Source: Azolla caroliniana (lineage: Eukaryota > Plantae > Polypodiophyta). Taken from it: 64,000 nucleotides of DNA. Where the stretch lies: positions 13,268,001 through 13,332,000 of the forward strand of contig JBHGNT010000017.1 in NCBI GenBank assembly GCA_043228905.1, given 5' to 3'. The position numbers were made by a program, and so were the translations under genes. The notes beneath the pieces are model-generated. The model saw only the letters and a list, made by a program, of their open reading frames with translations, was not told the origin of the DNA and did not search any database. Each line of letters starts with the position of its first letter. Positions within the stretch are counted from its first letter, which is position 1. Positions 1 through 12,405 of the stretch are shown here, in pieces.

Positions 1-1890
1 GCAAAAGCCCTGAACCGGTTTTTAGGACAAATCCGGTGGCATAGCCGAATGTTACTGCACTTGGCTGACTTTGCGACACCACTACATGCAGCATTGCACC
101 GATTGCCCTTTCAATGGGTGGAGCCCGAGGAAAAGGCCTATCAAGCATTAAAGGTAATGATGTCACAAGCCCCGGTGGTGCAACCTCCCGACTGGACGAA
201 GAGTTTCCATGTGTTTGTCGACACATCAGACATAGCAATCGGTAGTGTCCTTATGCAACTTACCAAACCGAAGTGGTATCGGCCGGTGTACTATGCAAGC
301 TGGAAGCTCTCGAAGGCCAAACGCAACTACTCCACAACGGAAAGGGAGGCTCTCAGAATGGTGTATAACGTAACCAAGTACCGACACTACTTGCTAGGGT
401 GGAAGTTTTCATTTCACATGGACCACCCAAGATTGATTTACTTGGTGTCTAAGGCGTCGCTAACCGGGAAAATAGCAAGATGGACAGTATTGTTGCAGGA
501 ATTTGAGTTCGACATCTACCACCAACCTAGGGCACAACACAAAGTAGCCGATTACTTGAGTCGGCTGGAATTCGGCAAAGCAGGAGACGGAGTACAAGAC
601 GAGTTCCCCGATGCCGAGTTATTCAGGGTAACATCAGAACCGGCAACCGACTCAACAATTGTCGAGGACAACAAGTGGCTTACAGACATGCATCAGTTCC
701 TGAGCATCGGATTACCTCCCGACAAAATGGATCGGGATGAACGGAAGAGATTAGCGGTCCGAGGTCGCCACTTTTGCCTCATCCAGGAGACCCTATATCA
801 CAAAGGGGTAGATGGAATCTAGCGGCGGGCGGTGCGAAGCGACGAAAAAGAAACGATTTTAAGAGAAGCCCACTGCAGAATAGTCGGAGGCCACTATGCT
901 GGCGACGCGACAGCCCGCAAGATATGGTAAAGCGGGTTATGGTGGTTGACAACCTTAAAAGACGCCATCAGGTACAGAAAGGAATGCAACCTTTGTCAAC
1001 GATTAGGCCAACCAACGGAGCAGGCCCGTATGCCCCATCACCCGATATTACCATTAGAACCATTCCAGAAATGGGGACTGGACTTTGTCGGACCAGTAAC
1101 AAATACATTATCGTGGCCACAAACTACTTCACGAAATGGGTGGAAGCAAAGGCACTCAGGGATAATATGGCGGCATCCACAACAAAGTTTCTATACGAGC
1201 TTATATGGTGCCGGTATGGCTGTCTGATTGAACTAATAAGCGATCAAGGGCCAAGTTGTGGAGAGCCTCACGACGTATTATGCGGTAGTCCACAAACGTA
1301 GTACCCCGTACTACCCACAGGCAAACGGACTGGCCGAATCCACTAATAAGACACTACATAATATACTCCGGAAAATCGTCAACGAAAACCGAACGGATTG
1401 GGACACAAAGTTGCAGAGTGCGTTATGGGCATACCGGACAACCTACAAGACAAGCATACGCACAACCCCGTTCCGGTTACCATTCGGATTGGAAGTTGTC
1501 ATGCCAATCGAGTTTCAGATTCCGAGTTTACGAATCCAAGTCAAAGAGCGCTTGAGTGAAAAGGAGTTGGAGAAGATCTGGTTGGCAACATTGTGCAAAC
1601 TAGAGGAGCATTGGATAACTAGCTTACTACAACTAGAGCTAGAGCAACAACGACGGAAAGCCTTTGTGGACAGGCATCAACGCGGCAACGAGAAGGAATT
1701 CAGCATCGGAAAACTTGTCTTGGTTTTCCAGACCCGGATGGGCAGCAAGCCGAGGAAGTTACGGTTTCGATGGACCGGCCCATTCTAGGTCACAAGGGAT
1801 TCTAATGGGTCCTACCAAGTAGGGACATTAGCTGGAGAACTTCTAAGAAAATGGGTCAATGGATTCTAACTGAAGCCGTACAAAGGATAG
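1..1890 (+). mobile_element. Ty3/Gypsy pol remnant (RT end, RNase H, integrase), with stops and frameshifts
   Basis: Motifs in Gypsy order: RNase H VFVDTSDIAIGSVLMQ...NYSTTERE, integrase zinc finger CNLCQR, core [24 protein letters not shown], and C-terminal RFRWTGPF. Confidence 0.93.
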
Positions 1891-2261
1891 ATGCTGGAAA
1901 ATCCGTTTAAAGACGAAGAGAACCCACAAAATAATGAAAACCAGACAAAAGACGGTACGACATCGTCAGAAAGCGGGGAGGCACCGGAGGCAACCGATTT
2001 GGTGGAACTGGGCACCATCGACAAGTAAGGTCATCTAAGAAAAAAAAGAGAGGAGATTAAGGCGAGAAGAGGACAGTCATCATGCAAAAAGGTGGAGGAA
2101 GAAAAAGGTGGGACGACTATTATTAGAGCAAAAGATATTATTGCGAACAAACGCTAGTAAACAAGCAGACGCGGCTATTTAAAGCACAGGACCAGGGTAC
2201 ACATACTAATTATGGTCCAGAGCATGCATGCACGGGAACCGAGAACTGGCGGTTCAAGAAG

Positions 2262-4088
2262 ATGGGGGTACAAAATCAAAGGCCAAATGAGGGAAGGGCC
2301 CTTATAGAATTTCGATTGTGGCGAGCGCAGAAAAGCACGCGAAGTCTCAGACACACAAAGCACAGCCCCCTCGCAGAGAAGCACACCGACGACGACGAAG
2401 AAGACTCAGGTCCCATGGCGCTCTCTAATGCAGCACTTGAACGGTTCACCAAGAACGGACTCGAGGGATTCCTTTGAATCGCAGATGCACCACTGCATGA
2501 AGACCCGGAACAGGTCGCACCAACTATCGACCTTGAAGAAATAACGAAGGGCACAATCCAAGCCCTCACAGGCATACAAGCGGGGGGACTTCGATCGGTG
2601 GAGAGCCCATCCACTGAGACATTAATTGAATATTTCGGTGAGTATTCCCTCAGCAGCAAGGCGTACCGAATGCAAGGGGGAGAAGACCCTCTATTCCGGG
2701 AGGTGGCCCAGGTGCTACTGGAATATGGGTTCATGCACTCACGACCGTTGGCCATACCAAAATACAGAACCGGATTCATTATAGCAACGTACGAGGGACT
2801 AAAGGTGGATTGGGTGAAGATCGTCACTGAATGCTTGAAATCCGCCATAGAATCTGTGGCGAAAGGGAAGAAATCTTGGACAGGGGTAGTGCAGTGGCTA
2901 ACCTTATTAGTACCCCCCGTCATCACCACCAAACCTAAAAAGAGGGGCTGACCGGAGACAACGCCAAAGAAAGCAACCAACAGGCGACAACTCCTGGAAA
3001 AGCACACCCCAAGATGGACCTCAGAGGACGCATCACAACAAGAGGAAAGCCAAACCAGCAGGAGACCAGAACCGGCAGAGACAGACATAGAGAGACCGAC
3101 TAAGCCAACTAACTAGACACAAGAAGCGGAGGATACAGTTCCGGTAGGAACGAAGCCAATCAAAATCACATTGCGCCGGAAAGATCAAGAACCGGAGGAC
3201 TTTATACACAAAATCTGCCTGGAGACCATAGAAGAGGAGGCTGAGGAGGAACTGGCCAAAACCTTGGAATGACACGCAAAGAAGCGGGGTCGGGAGCAGT
3301 GGGCGAAAGAACCGGCTCTAACTGTGGTGGTGGAAACCCAAGACAGAGAGGAACCATGGAGTGGACAGAGCAAGGCACCAGCCGGCCAACTGGCACCGGA
3401 CAAGGAGCAAGTCCTTTCATCGGGGCTAAGTCCCAAGCAGCCAGAACAACAGCCGAAACCGCCACTGAACGAGGGCGCACAAAGCGCCCCAACGGATGGG
3501 GGAACGCATGGGCTGGAATAGGGCACATGCCAACAATGGCTAAGATGGATGGGAGAGCATGTCGCCGGCGTGGCGGACGAACTAGACGAGGAACAAAGGC
3601 AAAATAGACACCTCATGTGCACAACTACCGAAGACCTGGAGAAGGTCAGAGCCCAGATGCGGGGCATGGAAGAAGAGTTAACAAAGGCCAAGGAATATGC
3701 GGCCAACATGGCCAACATGGGCCAACAAACGAGTGTCGACAAAGAGCTGATTTGGTCGACAAGGAAGCAAAGGGCAACACTGGAACCAGAATCGGAACCA
3801 GTGGTGGATACAACCTCGAAAACCGGCACTGAGTTCGCCCAAGAACTAAGGACCTTAATAGAGGAATTGGCGGCTTAGGAGGCACTAAGAGGAAAAGAAA
3901 GGGAACATAAGAAATTGGTTGAGGAAGAACGACAGAGAGTCGAGGAGAACCTCCGAAAGAGCCACGCCAACAATGACCGGCTAAAGGAAGAAAGGGAAAA
4001 GCTGCTACAGGAGAAGGATAAGCTCCGTCGACAAGTTGGAACAGAAATAGAACGGCTGAAAGAGGAGCTCCGACAATAGAAAGACAAG
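2262..4088 (+). pseudogene. Extra ORF downstream of Gypsy pol (5' part), coiled-coil rich, interrupted by a DNA transposon
   Basis: Same-frame ORF pieces (2262-2477, 2598-2951, 3324-3521, 3549-3878) are separated by single stops. The reading resumes in frame at 13038 once the DNA transposon is removed (K-D-K|D-D-Q-L-R-S-Q). Confidence 0.7.
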
Positions 4089-4457
4089 AACACGTTCGCG
4101 TTCACAAGTGGAAGGATCGCGCATAAATGGAAGGATACGGGGAAATTTTGGTTGATTTTAGGGTTTTTTCAATGATTTTACAAAACACATTGATACTAGT
4201 ACCATACATGTTCAAACATACTATGAAAAAGGTTAAAAATCCACTATTTTCGTGATTTAGAAGTAACTAAAAAAAGACGAATTTCAAAAAGTTACATTCT
4301 CAATTTATATCACAAACTTTACAACCAATGTTATTTTATAAGAAACGATTTTTTAGAAATCATAAGAATTCAAAACACATGCTTTTATATTACTCGATTT
4401 GTTACAAGCGGAATGTAGTTACACTTTATAGCCAAATATACATTCATCATCACTCCT

Positions 4458-7192
4458 TTACGGAGAATCGCTACTATAACTAATATACAATGACGATTCC
4501 TCCTCGTCATCCTCAGATGTACCAATCAATGCATTATCTTCGTCATAAACCAAATGGTTTGACTCTAGATTATACGTAGCAGATCTCGTTTGCCTTTGAT
4601 TCGAGCCACCTTGTAGACCTGGTAATTTTTCTTTTATTATATCTATTGTTGACTTCCTTAATCGTCTGGCTTTTGTAAGGGTGAAGCCGTACACGATGAT
4701 ATCCACATCAGAGATATCAAGGGTCGAGGTGTTACGAATGTTTTGCTTCCTCTTCCTACCTCCCCTTGTTGTTGGGCATTCAATCATCTCCAATGTATAC
4801 TTACCTGTAAAAGCATTTGCACTTCTAGTGTTGTACCAATGAACATTTATAGACTTGATCGTGTTTTCTATTTCATGCATTAGCACTTCTAGAATTTTAC
4901 CAACCCAAAATTGGTGGCCTTGTGAGTTCTCATCAGTCAGCGTTGCAATCAACATCCCCGCGGTGAGCTCATGCAAATTGCCTTGCCATCTAGCTTCGGC
5001 TGCTTTGGTCATCCTTGGTCCCACATAAATGTCTCTTTGTTGTGGATGGACCAAGCTGTCATTAATCACATTTGTTGGTTGCTCTGGAGTTCTATTTACA
5101 CGATCATGTTGCAGCGACCATGTGAATGGCGTTTCCAAATTCCAATTATCACCAAATACACAATTGTCTATAATTCCTTTCTGATCACTATAAAATACAT
5201 CCCACCATGACGTGTCTTGTTGTGCGTCATATTTCTTGGCGGCCTCAATATGCTTTCTTTTTTCTTCTAAGGCTTGGAGCCATGACCGTTTTTGTTCCGA
5301 TACCAAGTCACTCTACAATTGTCCTTTCTTCTCAAATGGCATTTGCGTAGCTCCATGGACAATTGAACTCGGCATACAAAGTAATAACTGGCAACCACCT
5401 TCAGGTTCCCATGTTGTAGAAGATGAATATTGTTTAGCATACAAAAGTGTAGAACCACTTACTCCATTTTTCTTTATCATAAAAATGTGATTGAAACTTA
5501 TATTGTTTAACTGAGCAAGCACTTTAACATTCCCACCACCCCCATCTGATATATATCTCTTAAAGTCATATACCTCCTTCAAGTGTAACACTTTTGGGCG
5601 TGGTGTATATGCATCACAAATGACATCAAATAGTTTAGGTAAAGTGAAAGCATCATGCTGAGACAACTGTCTGGAGAATGTGCTAAACATCTGATCTATA
5701 TGGTCATGTGTGTGGCCAACCAAAAGAAAATTGACTTTCACTTTCCTAAACAATTCTTGGTTGACCAACATGCTTAGATAGCCAAACACAGTTGAATTTT
5801 TGTTCTCTCTAGCAGTATTGTCCAATTGAATGTATAGAACAGGGGGGAAAGGTTGGCCCCAAGACATCAAAACTCGGTGAATGACTGTAACTATTAGGTT
5901 AGGGTCATTGTGAACATTGGGGTATGTAATGAAGACGTGAGGTCCAACAGACCTATTATAAGCCAACCATCCCACCAAGTGCATTTGAACAAGGCACTCA
6001 TCATTGACATCTTTGGGGAGCCTCCACATATGCGGCAAGCACGTCTTCTTCTGGTTCATGCCATCTATCATTAAGCACATGTATTGTTCGGGCCTCTTCA
6101 AACACTTCTCTCTATGATGCATCGCCTTCTTTCGTTCTAACGATTGTGCCTCACGATGCTCTTGTAGTAACTTCTTAAACTCATATCCTTTTCCATTGAT
6201 GTCTTTGCACCTTTAGCCAAACTTTTAAGATTTGCACAAATGGAGTAATACCCCATGCGTACTTTACGTGGAATGATACCATTTGAAAACCGAGCTCTCC
6301 ATAATCTTGTGAATTGGCTATAGGTGATAGACTTATTACGTGAGCCCACCATATCAGATCGATAAACATCATAAACTTCCCAACGTGTATAATTATCAGA
6401 AAGGTGCATTCTACCTGTAGTGGGCATTACTTCACAATTTAACTGAAAGTAACTTTTCATCCAACCAATAGCATGTCTTCCAATTGCACCTTTCATACTT
6501 GGAACCTCTTTACAATTGAGCATCTGATCCCCGCTAAGTAGACGTTGTTGTACTCTATGTAGCCGCATGTTACTAACACATAACGCAATTTTGAATGCAA
6601 CTCTACATATCTGTTGCGTATGGAAGATATAATACTCGAATGATACTTTGATCCCCGTATGTTGCATATGTGACCCGAGGTAAGTGTCTTGCTCATCACC
6701 AGTCATCGAAAAATAGTATCGCCTTAATTCTCGCAACTTTGATTTTCCAATCATAGACATACAACCACAGGCACAACATATTTTTTTGACATCAAATCCA
6801 ATCTATTTATCTGATGTCACCAAGCTAAATCTAGCTAGACGAATTCTTCGTGGGATTCTTCTAATATGCATAGGGCTTCCAGATTTCTCTTCCTGCATAG
6901 AGGTTGGTGTAACCTTGTTACAATCTAATTCTTTGTTGTGACCATCGCCAATGTTATTCGATGTTTCATTGGCACTACCTTCATTCTCCGTATCTTTATT
7001 AATATCGTATTCTTCAATAGAGAACTCTTCACTTGTGTCATTATTTACATTCCCTGTAGGTGAAGAGGTGCTCAGACAATATTCTTCGATAGAATGTGGT
7101 GAGTCTGTCGACAAACAATACTCTTCAGTAGAAAACGATGAGTCTGATGACAAACAATATTCTTCAATCGAGAACAGTGAATCTTCACTCAT
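4458..7192 (-). pseudogene. DDD-type transposase (Sola-like / DUF7869-like), disrupted
   Basis: ORFs 6803-7192, 6137-6760, 5313-6122 and 4458-5306 join via two in-frame TAGs and one frameshift (~6140-6190). Motifs: CCACGC, ICRVAF..L.VS..RL, CEVMP...HL, IDGM(N)QKKT.LP, YIQLDNTARENKN, FLLVGHTHDHIDQMFS. Confidence 0.85.
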
Positions 7193-7860
7193 GGCTTAAG
7201 GTCTAGATAGGGCTCTGTAAGTTATGTGCTTAGGCTAAGCCAAAAAACTAATAAGCTCCTCTCTAAACATATACTTCTCTCTAAACATAAACTTCTCTCT
7301 AAACAAAAGCCCCCTCAATAGAATGTCTATATTATTTAATATTATATTAATACAATACATAGAAATATTATTTTTAATATAGTAATTGTATTTAAAATAT
7401 CAATAATTATTTAAACTAGGTCTATATGAAGTTAAATCAAGTATAATATAAATCCAATCATTACCAACCCATAAATATGATGGATTAAAGTTAAAATCAT
7501 TGGCTAATTAATGGCACCCATATTTGATATAGAACCTCTCAGTCATTGGTTCATTAATGCTCACCATTGTAAATATTAGACTTATCAATCATTGGTTAAT
7601 TCATGCCCACATCTTTAATACACAGCAATTGAGAGTCATAAAAATGTTGTTTTTAGTAATCAATCATTGGTACATTCATGAACCTCTATCATTGTCTCCT
7701 TCATGACCTTTAAAGTCATTGTAAGTTATTATGACTTTGTAATCATTAATGCAATCATAAGTTACTCTAGTTAATGTGACTGTGGTTACCAACTAACTAA
7801 CCTTAAACTTACCAACCTTGGTTAGGGTGACTAGGTTACTTTAACCACTGTGGTCAATCC

Positions 7861-7870
7861 CTATAAATAG
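7861..7870 (+). promoter_or_regulatory. TATA box of the ParB-methyltransferase gene
   Basis: CTATAAATAG lies ~118 bp upstream of the ATG at 7979 and is followed by a CA-rich 5'UTR-like stretch. Confidence 0.6.
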
Positions 7871-7978
7871 GAAGACCTCGTCATATTTCACTCACAAGAG
7901 TACACAAGACCATACAAGAGCACACAGAGCACGAAGCACGAAAGCGCGATCTCCATCTCCACTGCCACAAATTCAACC

Positions 7979-10900
7979 ATGTCTTCAAAGAGAATTGAGC
8001 ACCAGGACTCTAGGTAAGCCTCTGACACTGTGGACATTTTTGTAAATATGTTTTGTCACTCAAGAACTCGATACGCCGTATCGAGTTCCTGTGTGTTCTT
8101 TGCTTTTTAAACAGGAACTCGATACGGCATATCGAGTTCCTGTTTAAAGTTAAGGTGTGGAATATTTGTGTTTAAAACATGAACTCGATAACGTGTGTCG
8201 AGTTCCTGGATTATTTTTGCGTTTTACTCGATAACTTGTGTTTTTGGGGCAACAATTGAGTATTGTGTGGAAAAGATATCAAACTGGCTGTCAAAATCAG
8301 TCTTTTTTATGTCGACTTCCCTTACTTTTAAAAAAAACTGGGCCTTAATTATAAGTGTTTTATGACCTACTATAGCCTAAAATAGTAGAAAATAACCCAC
8401 AAATTACCTTTACGATACCAATCTCAAGTCTATCATATGCAAATTATCTACAATGTAGTTATGGAATCAATATAAGTCATACCTGCCCTTCAAGACAATA
8501 TATAACCTTGTATACTCATTACGATATATATTTTCTAAGTTGTATACTCATTACGATATTTGAATATAGGACTACCATGTACTCTAAATGCATGATTGAT
8601 ATTTATAGTTCACCACTAATCGCCTGCTAGTGTATTTCTTCATCTACTTATTTATATTTTAATATACAACCTTAATCTACGTGACCGCCTAACTTATGTT
8701 TTCACATGTACTTTCTTAAATAGGTCGTTTGAGAACCTGTTGGACCGACCTGTGAAGAAAATAAAGCTTCGCATATAGGGTTCTCCAATCGAAACACAGA
8801 CCCTAGTAGCTCCCGAGTCCATGAAGAGAGGAAAAAAGCTTCTCTTCAACGAGGAGTCAAAATCTCAACCACACATTGACGTCAGCCAAAAGAAACTTGT
8901 AGCAGCAACTGGAGGTGAAGACCTTCCTGACCGTGATCTAACGGACAAGGAATGGTGTATGCAATATGTCGACTCAAAGAAAAAAGTCATATTGTATACA
9001 GCAAAGAAGAAGGGGGAGGGGCAGTTTGGAAAGGAAACCCCATTTATGTATGGCCGTATTCTACGATTTGACTACGAAGATGCAGATTCGGCCAACATAC
9101 TGGTAATGATAGAGTGCTCCAAGGGGGTACATAAAGTGTTCCTTTCAGAAGATCTTCTAGTAAAGGAATCTTGTGGGCCAGAAGCGTTCAAAAAAGATCT
9201 TGAAAGCTCACAAAACCTTATTGTTACCTTGAGGCCTTATATACAAGGCCATGTAACTCTAAGAGATGAAGTGCCCTCCCCAGTGAAGGCCACAAAAAGG
9301 GTATCTAAAGTACAATCAAGACCACCAAAGAAGAAGACAACGAAAATGTCGGAGTCTGATTCAACAAGTGAAAACGAAGAGGAGGACACTAAGGGGACGC
9401 CAGGAGCTGAGCTGGCATCGGGTGTGTTGTCATCCGAGCAGAATAAGATAAGGAGAGAGTTAATGCAGCGTAAACTGGTCAGGAAAGGGCAAGTGTTTAA
9501 TTTGCCTATAACACACATCCATCGGCCCCCTATTGATGACAAAACAGGTCAAAGACCACTTGAGATTAGAGAGCCACACCGCATGCATGTACAAAATCTC
9601 AAGAAAAAAATGAAAATTAATCCTCATGCCACTGTGGTGCCTTTTATTGTTATGGTAGATCCTGAAGAATGTGAAACCATTGAAGATTTTGATATTAGAA
9701 AGCATGATCAATATAATTACTTTGTCATTGGTGGATCGCATTCAGCGGAGGCACGTCGGCAACTTGTGAGAGAACATCCAACAACTTTCTTCTTCAAGTA
9801 TGCCGAGTGCAAAATTTATGTGGGGCTCACAACTGAAGAGGCCAAGCTGTTGGCATGGGACCATAATAATGATAATGACTATAGGTAGAAAATGTCGTCG
9901 ATTGAGCGTATACGGTTCTTCCACCACGAGTATTTGGACGTGAAACAAAAGTTTGGTGTGAAGCTACATCCAGGTCTACGACATCAATGTCTGCATGAAG
10001 TCGGTATTGTTGTAGATGATAATGTTAAGTCCAATGGTCTTCGAAAATATGAGTCTTGGTTTCAACTGGCCTTTAGAGATGGAGAAGTATGGGACCTACA
10101 GGATCAAATCTTCTAAATGTGGGAGAATAAGGAGGTAAAGGGTCAACGACAAAAGAAATGTAAGGTTGACCCTCAACTAGAGTTAAAGTCACAAGCCGCC
10201 AAGAAAATTGACTTGACAATTGAAGAAGCGGCTGACGACATGAAGTTGTCTCTGTGGAGAGCGATGCAAGGTATTAAGGACGAGTAGCTTCTTGTGCCTG
10301 TTTTGTTAAGGGTTGTGGCGAAAGATTTAAGCCTTGAAGAAATGGTCACTGAGTTCAATAAGTCTTTCAAATACTGAAATTGTAGTCTATATGGTGTAAT
10401 TCAAAGTTCTAATCTTGATTTCTAATTTTACAGTCATAAGGTGTACATGAAGATCCAAGAAGTTATGATGAAACAACTTGGATGTATAACTTGGGAACAA
10501 GTGACCGAGGATTATCCTCTAACGTCTTCATATAAGGCGTTATCAGAGTATTTTATTGCATTCAAGGATTGGGTTATTATTGGTGGTTTTTCATTACACT
10601 TTCATCATATGTAGAGCTTGTATAATAATACCTGATGTCCTATTGCTTCTATTAGAAACCGTGTCGTGGCAAGAAACAAGGAGAAGTTAAGGATATACAC
10701 GATTTCCCTACATCCTTCCTTGCACATCTCGAGCGAGCCAAAAAAGAAAAGGATCGTTGCTTAGTCAAGGCGTACGAAATGGAGGAAGATGGCTCCTTTA
10801 AAAAATTTAGCCACAAAAAAGATATTACGAGAGATCTTTACTACAATGTGGTTTGCGGCGATGTCGTCGACTTGATCCAAAAAGTGCCAAAGAAGGAATA

Positions 10901-11946
10901 TACGCTAATGATTGCGGATATTCCTTATGGATTTCGAATGGTTGGGTCATCATACGACGATGAACTATTTAGGTTTAAACAATTGGAGAAGATGGTCAAG
11001 GATTTCGTTGAGCTAACGACTGCATCCTTGTGGCGAATAGTTGTCTTTCATAGTATGGACCAAGGGTACTCGGTAGCTCAAGCTTTGAGATCTCGTTGCC
11101 ATGGCATCGAGAACCTTGCATGGTAAGGATTATTTATAGGTGTCATTCACTATATTGCATTTCTTGAGGTTGTTCAATCTATTCTTAACTCGATGTATTA
11201 TTTTTTATAGGATAAAAACCAATGTAAATAGAGGGCCAACTTTTCGGTTCGTTAATTCCATTGAATACATCACGGTTGGCTACTTCAATGAAATTAAGAA
11301 ACAGAGAATCAAGGAGCATTCTAATGAAGTGGGAGGTTCAAATCTGTTGGTATATCCAGTAGTGACACGGAAATTGCGACATGTCACCACGACAGAACGG
11401 GGACTTGTCAACCCATATCAAAAACCTCAGCGACTTATGATATGCTTGATCGAGATGTTTTCTATCGAAGGAGACTGGATATTAGATCTCTTTTCTGGCA
11501 CAGGTATTCCTCGAACTAGGGTAACGATCTTGAGATAACCAATACCGAATCTTTTTTTTTGACAACTAAATCTTCTTGTTACTTACTTCACAGGAACGAC
11601 GTTTGCATGTGCATTGAAGCTCTTTAGAAATACAATTGCATTGGACAAGGACGAGGAGCAGGTTATATTTATTAATATGCGGATTAAGGCTTTGTGGGAG
11701 TGCTCAGACCAGGATGAGGAGGTCGGTGCAAAGAACCTCGCTAATACAGAAAGGTTTCAACCTGCTTCGCGAGAGCCTATTCCTCCGTTAGTCGGCGAAC
11801 CGGGGGAGCTAATAGAGCTTGATGATGAGCTTATAAAAGATATTTTGTTGGCTCAGCTAACAAGGGAAGCCAATGCACGTATAGCCGAAGAGAGTTCTAC
11901 ACAAGATGATGAAGAAAATGACGTTGATGAATTGATTGCTATGTAA
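7979..11946 (+). pseudogene. Six-exon gene: ParB/Srx-like domain fused to a beta-class N4-cytosine/N6-adenine DNA methyltransferase; premature stops in this copy
   Basis: Exons 7979-8013, 8724-10361, 10434-10572, 10656-11122, 11211-11503 and 11594-11946 are joined by GT-AG introns in consistent phase. ParB-like motifs: YFVIGGSHSAEA and GLTTEEAKLLAWDHN. MTase motifs: CGDVVDLI, ADIPYG, W|IK, NPYQKP, DWILDLFSGTG|TT, LKLFRNTIALDKD. Stops at ~8776, 9886, 10114 and ~10285. Confidence 0.88.
8064..8205. repeat. Three palindromes GAACTCGATA-N5-T(A/G)TCGAGTTC in intron 1
   Basis: Copies at 8064-8088, 8115-8139 (extends to a 19-bp stem, 8106-8148) and 8181-8205, plus a half-site near 8226. Confidence 0.9.
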
Positions 11947-12405
11947 TAGACTCTATGAAGAAAATGACACTGACGATTTGTTTGGATTTCACATTATTAA
12001 TACAAATTTTGGGTTTTACCTAGTGGATTCTATTCTTTATAATCTTCTATATGTTTCAATTTTATTTTTATATACTTGGTTAGTAGATTTATGACATTGG
12101 TTTCACCGCGTGCATAGCTGACTACCAAATTTATGGAGAAACATGAATTAGTTTAAATTGAGGCTTATTTTGGTCCAAGCTAATCTTAACATAACATGGC
12201 CCTACAATTGTTGCCATGACTGTCCATGTTGTTATTATGGATCTTTATCTTCTATTGTTAAAACTATTATGTTTCTATTCCATTGCTGCTTAGATTGTGT
12301 AGTGTGTTGATAATGGTTCCACTAGCGTTATCCGCATGTTTTTATACGCTTGTAGTTCCACTTGCGTTATCATTCAGAGTTTGATCCTGTGTGAATCACC
12401 TAAGC

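Noticed and set aside
2276-3829. Long minus-strand ORFs (270 and 214 aa), and similar antisense ORFs at 15731-16357, 24642-25196 and 35903-36541
   Set aside because: They are shadows of the real opposite-strand coding sequences, S/F/L-rich, with no recognisable motifs.
8064-8240. Palindromic repeats resembling a mini CRISPR array
   Set aside because: Only three copies, irregular spacing, variable loops within the repeat, located in a eukaryotic intron, and no cas genes.
7979-11946. Bacterial contamination as the source of the methyltransferase
   Set aside because: The gene has five in-phase GT-AG introns and lies within TIRs inserted in a plant Gypsy element.
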